A stretch of 57,818 bases of DNA from a virus (taxonomy: Duplodnaviria; Caudoviricetes), in the IMG/VR virus record IMGVR_UViG_3300032893_000051, positions 1-57,818 of that record; one strand, 5' to 3'. A model generated the notes under the pieces. That model did not search any database. It saw only the letters and a list, made by a program, of their open reading frames with translations, and had not been told where the DNA came from. Positions 38,431 to 46,883 of the stretch are shown here, piece by piece; the first letter of the stretch is position 1, and every line of letters begins with the position of its first letter. Position numbers and translations under genes: made by a program.

Positions 38431-38597
38431 ACGAATCCGGCCAAGAACAAAGTGAAGGGCAGCCTCACGGTGACCGCGTGGACCACGGAGCTAATCGTAG
38501 AATTAGCGCCCCACAATCCAATTGCCACAGCATCGTAGATGATCAGTCCGACTAGGCAGGCCGCTAAAATGAGTCCGGTTAGAAGCTGCTTGTTCAT
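38391..38597 (-). CDS. Small two-transmembrane protein (possible holin)
   Basis: Two hydrophobic helices; TISS...G..CGHLFW. Confidence 0.55.
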   Translation of the reverse strand: MNKQLLTGLILAACLVGLIIYDAVAIGLWGANSTISSVVHAVTVRLPFTLFLAGFVCGHLFWNLAEDD

Positions 38598-39796
38598 AAA
38601 TACTTGGAGTAAAACTCTATCGACGATAGATCATACCGGTTAGGCTCCCTCCAGTAGCGAAAACGCCTGGTACCAAGAGCCTGCTCGAAAGTGATCTCTC
38701 CCTTGTACCACTGCAGAAATACAGACTTATCAAATAAGAACTTCGTATATGGTTTCTTCGGCGGCCCATGGAGCGATATTGTATGCGTCTCTCCGTCTAT
38801 TATTATCCCGTTCACTACAAAGCGGTGATTCACACTGTGAGCTATTTTCTCTATCCTAGACTCGAGTCTGCTGATTGGAAGGCTTCTCGGTTCGTATTCT
38901 TCAAAGGGCATAGGTTTCACCCCAGCAAATGAATCCTTGACGATCTTTAGGTATTGCGACTCGAGGGTGACTTCCTGACCTCTGGAGTTCACCGTGCGCC
39001 GGATGGATCCGTCCTTCAGGTAGTATCCACCGGTGATGAGCCGAATCGCTCCCGACAGGTTCCAGGGCGTAGCGAGGCTCTTGTTCAGACGAGATGCCAT
39101 GCCGTCGACGTGGTAAATGTTTCCGCCGATCGGAATCGCCACGGTCGGGCGCATGATCTCCATGAACTCGCAGCTCTGCTTCAGAGTCTGGTGAGTCAAT
39201 CGGAGAGTCTCCTCATTTTTTTCCTTGTCCGTCAGAGAGTCCAAAAGGTGCGGGTAGTAGTGGACGAAGGCGTAGCCTAAGAGCGCAACGTCCACCCTAC
39301 CCACTTTCTCTTTAAGGGGTGCCAGTTGATCCTTATCGAGAAAACAATCATTTCCGAAATAAACCGTGAAATCCTTTCCCTTTATGAAGCACGCAGAGTC
39401 CACCGAGTTAAACGGATGCTTCACGAACAGAATCCGAAGTCCACTCGGCAGCCGCCTCCACTCCCCGGGCGCCATTTCCGTAAGCCCCTTGTACCGGGAA
39501 ATCCTCGACGACAGATCCGGGCGACCGGACATCACCGTCACCGAGCAGGGAACGCGTCTCAGGATTTGATCGCAGCAGTGGTCAGCATGCCAGTGTGAAA
39601 CGATACACTCCCGCACGCTCGGAAGGCACGGCTCCCCGTCCACCTGTGGGGGTATCACTTTCCACCAGGGAGCATAAGGCTCCACTCCCCACATTGGATC
39701 GAGAAGCACGTGCACTCCGTCCACTCGCGCGAGAACGGAAGAGTGTCCGAGGAGGAACACGCCGTCCTGTTTCTCGCGGAGAAAGTCAGTGAGCAT
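38594..39796 (-). CDS. Metallo-beta-lactamase-fold hydrolase (UlaG/CMAH-like)
   Basis: LGHSS, LLDP, SHWHADH, VDS and ND motifs. Confidence 0.8.
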   Translation of the reverse strand: MLTDFLREKQDGVFLLGHSSVLARVDGVHVLLDPMWGVEPYAPWWKVIPPQVDGEPCLPSVRECIVSHWHADHCCDQILRRVPCSVTVMSGRPDLSSRISRYKGLTEMAPGEWRRLPSGLRILFVKHPFNSVDSACFIKGKDFTVYFGNDCFLDKDQLAPLKEKVGRVDVALLGYAFVHYYPHLLDSLTDKEKNEETLRLTHQTLKQSCEFMEIMRPTVAIPIGGNIYHVDGMASRLNKSLATPWNLSGAIRLITGGYYLKDGSIRRTVNSRGQEVTLESQYLKIVKDSFAGVKPMPFEEYEPRSLPISRLESRIEKIAHSVNHRFVVNGIIIDGETHTISLHGPPKKPYTKFLFDKSVFLQWYKGEITFEQALGTRRFRYWREPNRYDLSSIEFYSKYL

Positions 39797-40430
39797 CGCA
39801 GACCTCGTGCAGCTTGCTCTCCCATCGCTCCATCTCCACTTCGAAATGTTTCTGGGTGACGTTCGCCCTTTGCAGCCCGATAGTGTTCTCCTTCACGTAC
39901 CTGGCCGGGTTCCCGTACCACATTTGCCCGGGCTTGACCTGGGCGGTTTTTGTGATAACCGCTCCCATTCCGACCATCGCGTAGGATCCGATCAGACTTC
40001 TCTGGTGCAGCACGCAGCCCAATCCGAGGTTCGCCCCTTTCATGATGAAGCTCTCTCCGCCGATGAGGCAGTTGCAGGAGACATTGCAACAGTCCTCAAG
40101 GACGGAGTCGTGCGAGAGGTGTGATCCCCTCAGCATTACGCAGTGGTCGCCCATGCGGGTGATGCCCTTGGTGCCACTCTGTATCGTCGTAAACTCTCTG
40201 ATTACGTTGTCGCTGCCGATCTGTACTCCGTGCATGGAATGGAAGAATCCATACTTCTCCCCCGGAAGTCCGATGCAGGAGTGCGCCTCGATTCTGTTTC
40301 TACTGCCTATAGTCACGTTCGCGCCGATGACTACGTTTGGCCCGATATAGTTGTCTGTTCCGATGTAGACGCTGTCTCTGTCGAGAAAAACTACTGAGTG
40401 GTGAATGTGGTTCACGTTACGTGCCTCCAA
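39786..40430 (-). CDS. LpxA-like hexapeptide acyltransferase
   Basis: Hexapeptide repeats; IREFTTIQSGT, SHLSHD and GNPAR. Confidence 0.85.
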   Translation of the reverse strand: MEARNVNHIHHSVVFLDRDSVYIGTDNYIGPNVVIGANVTIGSRNRIEAHSCIGLPGEKYGFFHSMHGVQIGSDNVIREFTTIQSGTKGITRMGDHCVMLRGSHLSHDSVLEDCCNVSCNCLIGGESFIMKGANLGLGCVLHQRSLIGSYAMVGMGAVITKTAQVKPGQMWYGNPARYVKENTIGLQRANVTQKHFEVEMERWESKLHEVCDAH

Positions 40431-40699
40431 ACTCTTTTTTTCAAATCTCTATCGTCGGCATTGGTCTTTGCCGTTCCGCAGAATAAGTGAGCTGGATTAA
40501 TACAGGGCGGATTATCGCCCTTATGCAGGACCCACTGCCCCTTGGGTATTTCTCCGAAAAAAAGCTCGTAGCTAAATCGGTGCGCACGACGCAATTTACC
40601 GCTGATATTAATAAGTCCGTAATCATCGCGGTCTCGATACGGAATCCATTCCCAACAACCAGACTTAGTGATTTCTATAGAGAGCACGTTCTTCCTCAT
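40412..40699 (-). CDS. HNH endonuclease (possibly degenerate)
   Basis: CWEW, RAHRFSY and VLHKGDNPPCINPAHL (the usual Cys in HxCDNP is Gly here). Confidence 0.8.
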   Translation of the reverse strand: MRKNVLSIEITKSGCWEWIPYRDRDDYGLINISGKLRRAHRFSYELFFGEIPKGQWVLHKGDNPPCINPAHLFCGTAKTNADDRDLKKRVWRHVT

Positions 40700-41418
40700 A
40701 TTGGATCCCGAGCAGGCGGTAGATCTGGCTTTGGAAATCCAGCTGCGGCATCTTGACCAAATACTTTGGCATTAAATTCCAATGCTTGATCCTTCATTTT
40801 TCGATATTCTTTATCTTCAGCATCGTGCCCGATGTGCTCTGACCTCACTCCCGGAATGTAGAAAGAATTGAAACCGGCGCGATTGACCCTCTCGTTTAGC
40901 GAGGAATCCTCTAGCCCATAAACTCCATAGTTCTCATTAAAGAAACCGACCACGTCTATTACCTTTCGTGGTAACAAAGTTACGCCGAATATTCTGTTCA
41001 GAGTTTCGTTCAGCCAGTGCGCCTTCAGTCCGAATCTCACCGTGATCGGTGGCGTGCCCGAGTGCCCCCAGTCGAATCCCGCCAGCCCGCAGTTCGGCAC
41101 TATTTTCATTAGCGCCAGCGCGTGCCCGAGCCAGCCTTCAGGTAGCAGGATGTCGTTCGGGAAAAGGCAGATCACCTCGCCAGTGCACCTAAGGTAGAGT
41201 TGGTTAAAGCTATGCCCAACCCCCTCGTTTCTGGAATTCAGTCGGTGGTAGAGAGGTTTGATCTTCGCGATGAAGTTCACTATCCGCTTGTCCTTCGATC
41301 CCTGATCTGCCACGAGTAGCTCCCAGTCGTCGTGGCCCGGATTTCTCAGGTTGTGCGCGACGGTCTTCGAGGTGATTTCGTAGCGGTTCATTGTGAGTAG
41401 TAAAAGGGAGACTTTCAT
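40696..41418 (-). CDS. Glycosyltransferase family 2
   Basis: VADQGS.D, NEGV, VGFFNE.YG.YG.ED motifs. Confidence 0.88.
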   Translation of the reverse strand: MKVSLLLLTMNRYEITSKTVAHNLRNPGHDDWELLVADQGSKDKRIVNFIAKIKPLYHRLNSRNEGVGHSFNQLYLRCTGEVICLFPNDILLPEGWLGHALALMKIVPNCGLAGFDWGHSGTPPITVRFGLKAHWLNETLNRIFGVTLLPRKVIDVVGFFNENYGVYGLEDSSLNERVNRAGFNSFYIPGVRSEHIGHDAEDKEYRKMKDQALEFNAKVFGQDAAAGFPKPDLPPARDPI

Positions 41419-42425
41419 CCGAGCATCTCCTGAATCAGACTAAATCTCTTTCCATTTACGTATCGGACGTCGTTCTTGGAGAACTCTTCCCACGCCGTCA
41501 TGGCGGCATGTTCTGCGGCTTTTGGATTCGACATAAAGAAGGACATCGTCTCCTGAAAGGAGCAGTTACTTGACGGATCGTAGTTATTATGTCCGATGTT
41601 TAGCCACTCCTCCCAGTTTGGACATACGCAGGGGGCTCCAGCGTAGGCGGCCTCGATCTGGGCGATGTTTGACTTCGAACGGTTGAAATCCGTGTCGGCG
41701 AGCGGAGTTACTACCACCTGTGGCTTCAGCGTAGCCAAAGCTACAAAGTACGCAATCGGATCACACGATGGCGCCTTGATTGCCCGGTCGCCGAGTTTGT
41801 CGGAGAGCTGCCAGGCACATGGATCCGCGCCCATGAACACCCACCTAAATTCCGGATATTTTTCTGCCAAGGACAGAATGTCCGGAACCACCGTCGATAC
41901 GTCCCGGTTGTGGGTGGCAGTGCCTCTCCATAGAACGAAACGATTTCGCGGGCCGTTCTGTCGTCTTTTGTTTAGCAGAGGGTCGTAGGCATTTCGCACG
42001 ACCTCCACTCTGCCTTTGGAAAGTTTCCGCAGCTCTTCGCCCAGGCGATTCGTAGAGGCCCACACCATGTCCGCCCTCTGGATCATGGACGTGAGGTTCT
42101 TTACCACTTGTGGATTTCGGTAGAAGTCATAGTTCGGATTATCGGAGGTAATGTTTAGAACGTCGTCGTCCCAGTCTATGATTGTCGGAATGCCGAGTGC
42201 CTTCGCCCAGGTCAGGGCTTGGTCCATTTGCCCGGTGACGGGACGAAGCATGTAGACGACGTCCGCGCAGGCGACGTTCTGCCAGGTGGGCTGATTTGGG
42301 TGAATGACGTACTTCACTTCCACGTCGGCGTCGCGCTCCAGCCAGCGGAACGGACCGATACTTCGATACCAGCTCACTCCGTCGTTAGAATTCGTCGAGA
42401 TAGAAAGTATCTTTATTTTTTTCAT
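41415..42425 (-). CDS. GT-B (GT4-like) glycosyltransferase
   Basis: WYR..P, IDWDDD, AD...ST..L, WRG..TH and PL....FNRSKSNI..E motifs. Confidence 0.85.
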   Translation of the reverse strand: MKKIKILSISTNSNDGVSWYRSIGPFRWLERDADVEVKYVIHPNQPTWQNVACADVVYMLRPVTGQMDQALTWAKALGIPTIIDWDDDVLNITSDNPNYDFYRNPQVVKNLTSMIQRADMVWASTNRLGEELRKLSKGRVEVVRNAYDPLLNKRRQNGPRNRFVLWRGTATHNRDVSTVVPDILSLAEKYPEFRWVFMGADPCAWQLSDKLGDRAIKAPSCDPIAYFVALATLKPQVVVTPLADTDFNRSKSNIAQIEAAYAGAPCVCPNWEEWLNIGHNNYDPSSNCSFQETMSFFMSNPKAAEHAAMTAWEEFSKNDVRYVNGKRFSLIQEMLG

Positions 42426-42607
42426 TGCGGCCCCTGCTTTGGTGGAGGGGTGGGAATTTTATTCGCGCATTCCTGAGTACAAGCAACTTGACTGCCTCCG
42501 TCGCGCGACAGGCGAATGAGCCATCCCTCCGGTTTTTTGTAGTTGAATCCCTTCTGGACTGCGGGCTGCTCCTTGTTGCAGAAGTCGCACCGAAAATATA
42601 TCCCCAT
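42422..42607 (-). CDS. Small zinc-binding protein
   Basis: CDFC...PEGW...CTQEC; GGAGG RBS. Confidence 0.6.
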   Translation of the reverse strand: MGIYFRCDFCNKEQPAVQKGFNYKKPEGWLIRLSRDGGSQVACTQECANKIPTPPPKQGPQ

Positions 42608-42623
42608 TTTCCCTCCCCATTTT

Positions 42624-42842
42624 GTCGGGCCCGGCGAACTCTGTGAGGTGTCCGCCGGACCCGTCGGCTCATCGCAGACCTACCCCGGGGGAAGTGGTTT
42701 TTATTCACTCCGGGGGATAGGTGGCTCTGCTCCCCGAATTCCGTGCGGGCCTTTTCTTTACGTATTAGCCCTGTCCACCGCACGAAAAGCAAAACCGAGC
42801 CGGGGGGTCCACGCCATGAACGTTACGGAATCCCCCGGCTGT
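42624..42842 (-). ncRNA. Candidate structured RNA: four consecutive long hairpins
   Basis: Stems at about 42798-42840, 42742-42784, 42674-42730 and 42626-42663 fill a ~250-nt intergenic gap. Confidence 0.45.
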
Positions 42843-42861
42843 CCTTGTCGTCGTCAGAGAA

Positions 42862-43194
42862 CTAATTTATTTTCGTCTCCCCATTCGTTCTTTCGTCGCC
42901 AAGCTGCGCCTTTATGTACTGAGTAAACTTCTGTCTCACCCCACAGATCACCGCCTCTTCCATCTTCGCTATGTCAGAGTCCTTAGCGAGATCGAGGATC
43001 GTTTTCACTGTGAGGCCAATCAGGGCATCGAAAAAAATGTTGTAGGCCACGATCTTATAGTCGTTAGAAGTCGACGGCAGACGAGGAATAATGCCCCTCA
43101 ATCTTCCCCGAAAAGTTTCCCCTAGATCTGCTGCGCACCGCAGGGCCTCGGCGTTCACGTGGTCCTGCCAACTGACTTCAATGTGTGACTTCAT
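42862..43194 (-). CDS. Hypothetical protein
   Basis: In operon with overlapping starts and stops. Confidence 0.6.
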   Translation of the reverse strand: MKSHIEVSWQDHVNAEALRCAADLGETFRGRLRGIIPRLPSTSNDYKIVAYNIFFDALIGLTVKTILDLAKDSDIAKMEEAVICGVRQKFTQYIKAQLGDERTNGETKIN

Positions 43195-43384
43195 CGACGC
43201 ACTCCATTCCGGGGTTTTTTATTCCAGCCGCCTCAATCCACTTCTTCGAGACAAAATCAAGAACGACAGCGAAGGCCTCGACGCTCAGCTTGTGTTTGAT
43301 GCCGACATCCGCCAAATCTTCGATAATTTCTCTCATCGTGTCCTCAGAAAGAAAAAACTCTTCGTGCTTAAACTCCTCGCTCAC
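43178..43384 (-). CDS. Hypothetical protein
   Basis: GTG at 43384 overlaps upstream TGA. Confidence 0.55.
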   Translation of the reverse strand: MSEEFKHEEFFLSEDTMREIIEDLADVGIKHKLSVEAFAVVLDFVSKKWIEAAGIKNPGMECVDEVTH

Positions 43385-43830
43385 TCGACTGCTCCGTCTG
43401 TGCAAAGTTTTCTGTACCGCTCTTCCCACGGGCCCTTGGAGTCGTTCTTTATCGACAGCGCCACCAGATCCTCGAACGTATATTTCGTCACGTCGTTAAC
43501 TCTGAAAGAGTCGTAGAAATATTTCCTCTGGCACTCCGCGAACCGCAGCTGAAATCGGAAGTTCACCGGGTGGTAAATGATCGTCTCCGCCGTCCGCTGC
43601 TCCTCGACCCAGGCGTGTGACCAGGTGAGATCGTTCAGATGGCAGATGCCGTGCACCACTCTCATGTACGGTAGCGCCTCGGGAGCCCACGCGAAAACCG
43701 TCGCTATGAACTGCGTCACGTCGTCAAACGCCGTTCCGGTTGGATTGTAGGCGAGGGGGGATGAGCCGACACTGGCCACCTCCTCCCAATTCAATACTCC
43801 AACCCTTTCTCTCCAAAGACTCCCGTACAT
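43381..43830 (-). CDS. Hypothetical protein with VVHG...HAWVE motif (transglutaminase/papain-like)
   Basis: HAWVE motif; start uncertain. Confidence 0.5.
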   Translation of the reverse strand: MYGSLWRERVGVLNWEEVASVGSSPLAYNPTGTAFDDVTQFIATVFAWAPEALPYMRVVHGICHLNDLTWSHAWVEEQRTAETIIYHPVNFRFQLRFAECQRKYFYDSFRVNDVTKYTFEDLVALSIKNDSKGPWEERYRKLCTDGAVE

Positions 43831-44029
43831 TCGGATACCTTCCTAGGAATTCTCGCCAGCCCCGGGCGTGCTGCTCGGTGTGGCAGCTGCGGCAGAGTCG
43901 GAGGAGGTTCCACTCGTCCCAGCTACCGCCGGCGCCGCGGGACTTGATGTGGGCGCGGTCCGTTTCTCCTGCTGCGCCACACGCGTCGCAATTCGGTTTT
44001 TCTTGATCACGTCCTTGATGTTTTCGCAT
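43724..44029 (-). CDS. HNH nuclease (DUF968-like)
   Basis: CDACG...AHIKSRGAGG...NLLRLCRSCH.EQH. Confidence 0.75.
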   Translation of the reverse strand: MRKHQGRDQEKPNCDACGAAGETDRAHIKSRGAGGSWDEWNLLRLCRSCHTEQHARGWREFLGRYPNVRESLERKGWSIELGGGGQCRLIPPRLQSNRNGV

Positions 44030-44289
44030 GCCTGAGCAAGTACCGGATTTAGCAATTCGTCAATCCTATTATCGTCGACAACGTGGGCCACCGCGATCCC
44101 GACTGAGGCTCCGAGGAAAGTCTCCGCCTGAGAAATTACCGTCGCCAGAATGTTGCTGAAGGGAATTTTTCGCTGGATTCCCAGCTGCACCGTGGACCAC
44201 GAGTATTTCCACATTTCGTCGATTCGGATCTTCAAAGCTCGCTCGAATGCCTCAAGAAATGCTATGTCTTCTTTCGAAAGCTCCCTCAT
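43843..44289 (-). CDS. Hypothetical protein
   Basis: GAGGGG RBS; low-complexity C-terminus overlaps the HNH gene. Confidence 0.55.
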   Translation of the reverse strand: MRELSKEDIAFLEAFERALKIRIDEMWKYSWSTVQLGIQRKIPFSNILATVISQAETFLGASVGIAVAHVVDDNRIDELLNPVLAQACENIKDVIKKNRIATRVAQQEKRTAPTSSPAAPAVAGTSGTSSDSAAAATPSSTPGAGENS

Positions 44290-44362
44290 ACTCCCCTCAT
44301 CGTTAAAGCCATGGCGACGAAAAATAAAAAGAAGGCCACCGCGATCGTGAAATCATGAAAGT

Positions 44363-45085
44363 TCACCCGGCCTCCTCCAGGTATTTGGAGTTCAGATCGT
44401 CCGCAACGGACTGAGCGGTGTTCTCTCCCTGGACTAGCTCGTTTCCGTTTTCCTGGACCAGGACGTTGTGATCGTACTCAGCTATTCCAATTCCCAGGAG
44501 CATGTCTGGGAACATATCTTTTAACGCCCAGCTCCGAGCCCTAAGCTGAAGCATGCGCTTCGTGTAAGTTTTCCATGGCCCAGATTTTCCCCATAAACCG
44601 GCCTGGGTTGCGTCGTCGACCGTAAATGACCTCACGGTATCCGTTTTCACTTTGACGCGGCGGAGAAGGCAAGCGGCGCCAAAAATGGGGGCTTTCAGGT
44701 TCTTGTTCTCAATCGAAATGCGGTTGTAATCCGGATCAAACCACCACTCGTCAAAGTCCTCGACCTGGCCGCTGCGCATCGCAAGTCCTTTTGGCGCGTC
44801 GCCCCACAAATTGAAAGAGCCATTGATGATGGCTAATAGCCGCAGGCACGCAACGTCGGGGAGGTTGAGCTGTCTGAGAATTTGCATCCCGACAATCACT
44901 TGCGGTACGGTCTTGTACTGCTGGGGTAGTGATCCAGACTTAAGCATAAGATCCGCAGTACGCCAGAGCTCGGTTGCGGTCTTGGGGACCATGAGCCCGT
45001 GGTCGAGGGCGATGTCGGTTTTCACGATGTCTGTTTTTTGTGTGTCGGACTTTGTTTCTTGGCTTGGAATCTCGGACATACCCAA
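44363..45085 (-). CDS. RecT-like single-strand annealing protein
   Basis: AGLWGK.GPW..Y..RML..RA...AL.D.FPD.L.G motif; paired with the exonuclease. Confidence 0.75.
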   Translation of the reverse strand: MGMSEIPSQETKSDTQKTDIVKTDIALDHGLMVPKTATELWRTADLMLKSGSLPQQYKTVPQVIVGMQILRQLNLPDVACLRLLAIINGSFNLWGDAPKGLAMRSGQVEDFDEWWFDPDYNRISIENKNLKAPIFGAACLLRRVKVKTDTVRSFTVDDATQAGLWGKSGPWKTYTKRMLQLRARSWALKDMFPDMLLGIGIAEYDHNVLVQENGNELVQGENTAQSVADDLNSKYLEEAG

Positions 45086-45160
45086 CCTTCCCCCACTTGC
45101 GAGTGAGACCGATTTACGCTCAACTGATTTCGTTTGTCGATAAAAATTTCTAGTTTTTTT

Positions 45161-45379
45161 TCAGTGGTAGGTGTTCTTACTGCGAAGAGCGTCCTGCACT
45201 TTCACCAGCTCGGGAAAGTCCATCAGGTATTTCAGTTCCCGCTTGGTGGGCTTTCGGGCGATTCCATCGGCGGTGACGATTCCGAACTGGGCGCAGTGCA
45301 CGCAGATGATTGTGTCGCGGTCTCGGAGATCGAGCTTGCTGGCTGCTGGGTTGTCCTCTGAGCAGTGGGGGCAGAGCAT
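45161..45379 (-). CDS. Small zinc-finger protein
   Basis: MLCPHC...ICVHC; ATG at 45379. Confidence 0.55.
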   Translation of the reverse strand: MLCPHCSEDNPAASKLDLRDRDTIICVHCAQFGIVTADGIARKPTKRELKYLMDFPELVKVQDALRSKNTYH

Positions 45380-46221
45380 ATTGGCTCCGGGTAGTCGGGG
45401 TACTGAACCCACCCCGGTATTTCCACTGGTACTGCTTTTACAGGGTAACACGGCCAGTCGTCCTCCCTCAGACATTTCGCATAGAGTTTCGTCAAAGGTC
45501 CGCGGTGACTTTCCCCGACATCCAAACAGCCAGAATCCATAGGGAAAACTGTGATTCCGTGCGGCGGCTCCTTCTCGATCGCCACGAAGAAGAATCGGTC
45601 GCTCCTGTAGGCCCCAGAAACTTTCCCGCAGTGAGCGTAGTGCGCGGCGGAGAGAATATAAAAATACCCGTGCTCGTCGAAAATATGCCGAATGAACTGC
45701 CGTGGCCGAGCGTCGATAGTGGTCTTGAAGTCGACGCAGTATCCGGTTTCGGAAATGAAATCCGGCCGGCATTTGAGTTTCAGTCCGGTCTCCGGATCGT
45801 CGACCTGAAGCGATGTCTCTCGCACTCCGTTCTTGATCAGGTTTTTCAGCAGTCGGTGCGCCTGCACGGCTCGCACCATGCCGATCAGTGTGTCCGCCTC
45901 CGCGTGAGTCATCACGATGCACTCCTTCGGCAGGTCTTTTTTCCATTGCTCTTTTTTCTCCTTGGCTTCCTTGCTGCGGCTCGATTCTTTTCCGTCCCGG
46001 GTGAATCCCACGAAGTCCGGCTCCACTCGGAGCAGGTCCATGAATCGCTCTCCGTTCTGCATGGCTAGGTGGAATAGGCGTCCAAACCTAAGCGCCGGCG
46101 TCTCTCGCTCGGCGTGCGATTTGAAATGGGCCGGAGACCGGTGCAGCAGTTTCAGGCCACTGGCGCGTAGGCCCTCGAGCTTTTCATATTCTTCAAAGCT
46201 AAGTCCGTGCTGCAGATTCAT
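45232..46221 (-). CDS. RecE / exonuclease VIII-like PD-(D/E)XK nuclease
   Basis: SPAHF, FG..FH, E, KCRPD, DFKT and FFFVAIEKEPP motifs. Confidence 0.88.
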   Translation of the reverse strand: MNLQHGLSFEEYEKLEGLRASGLKLLHRSPAHFKSHAERETPALRFGRLFHLAMQNGERFMDLLRVEPDFVGFTRDGKESSRSKEAKEKKEQWKKDLPKECIVMTHAEADTLIGMVRAVQAHRLLKNLIKNGVRETSLQVDDPETGLKLKCRPDFISETGYCVDFKTTIDARPRQFIRHIFDEHGYFYILSAAHYAHCGKVSGAYRSDRFFFVAIEKEPPHGITVFPMDSGCLDVGESHRGPLTKLYAKCLREDDWPCYPVKAVPVEIPGWVQYPDYPEPICSAPTAQRTTQQPASSISETATQSSACTAPSSESSPPMESPESPPSGN

Positions 46222-46573
46222 GTTGATCTTTCGTCCGCGCTAGTCCAATCCGCCGCTTCGGCAGCAGATCGTCGAGCATGCTCTTCGTGGCTCGATCCAC
46301 GTCGAACCGGCCCTTGTTGAAGCTCAGATACTGAATAATTCTGGGATCGATCCTTCCGTGTGGAGAGCGGTAGTACCCCATAAGTCCGAAGGTGTCCTCC
46401 TCGGGCAGAGGGGTCATGAGCACGATTTTGTCCATCTTCGCGTTTATGAAAACGACGACGTCCCCCGGCTTCGCTTCGTCCCACTTCAGTCCCTTCGTCT
46501 TCGCCTGCTTTATCAGCGACGGTTGTCTGCCGCGCATATCCGTGTCCGGAATCACATGCATCACTCTAGCCAC
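46199..46573 (-). CDS. IS66 TnpB (Orf2)-like accessory protein
   Basis: TDMRG...L...GDVVVFIN..MDKIVL matches the IS66 Orf2 pattern DMRxxxxxL...G.xFVFxN..xD.xK. Confidence 0.6.
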   Translation of the reverse strand: MARVMHVIPDTDMRGRQPSLIKQAKTKGLKWDEAKPGDVVVFINAKMDKIVLMTPLPEEDTFGLMGYYRSPHGRIDPRIIQYLSFNKGRFDVDRATKSMLDDLLPKRRIGLARTKDQHESAART

Positions 46574-46880
46574 GTAGCACCTCCGCGAGCTCCGAAATGA
46601 ATCTCGCCATTTCCCTGCCGCTTCCGCTGAAGCTGATTTGGCCTCGGTCCTCTGGAATCGGCAGTGAGAAAGCTGTCTTTACGATCGGCTTCGCAGGCTG
46701 TCTAGATTTTTTTATAGTTTTCTTTTTTCCGTGGGTCTGGTGGTGCTTCCAGCTGGAAAAGCTCCCTGAGCTGATCCCCTCGGCTCTGCACGCGGCTGCA
46801 GCGCTTTCGCCTTTCGCGATTCGGTCCACTACCGCTTGGTAATTATTTTTCTGCTTCGGCATACTACCTCCTTGGTTCAA
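46566..46880 (-). CDS. IS66 TnpA-like HTH protein
   Basis: GESAAAACRAEGISSGSFSSWK HTH; overlaps the TnpB-like gene. Confidence 0.6.
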   Translation of the reverse strand: MNQGGSMPKQKNNYQAVVDRIAKGESAAAACRAEGISSGSFSSWKHHQTHGKKKTIKKSRQPAKPIVKTAFSLPIPEDRGQISFSGSGREMARFISELAEVLRG

Positions 46881-46883
46881 AGT

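Noticed and set aside
46199-46880. Active IS66 element
   Set aside because: No DDE transposase, terminal inverted repeats or target duplication are visible
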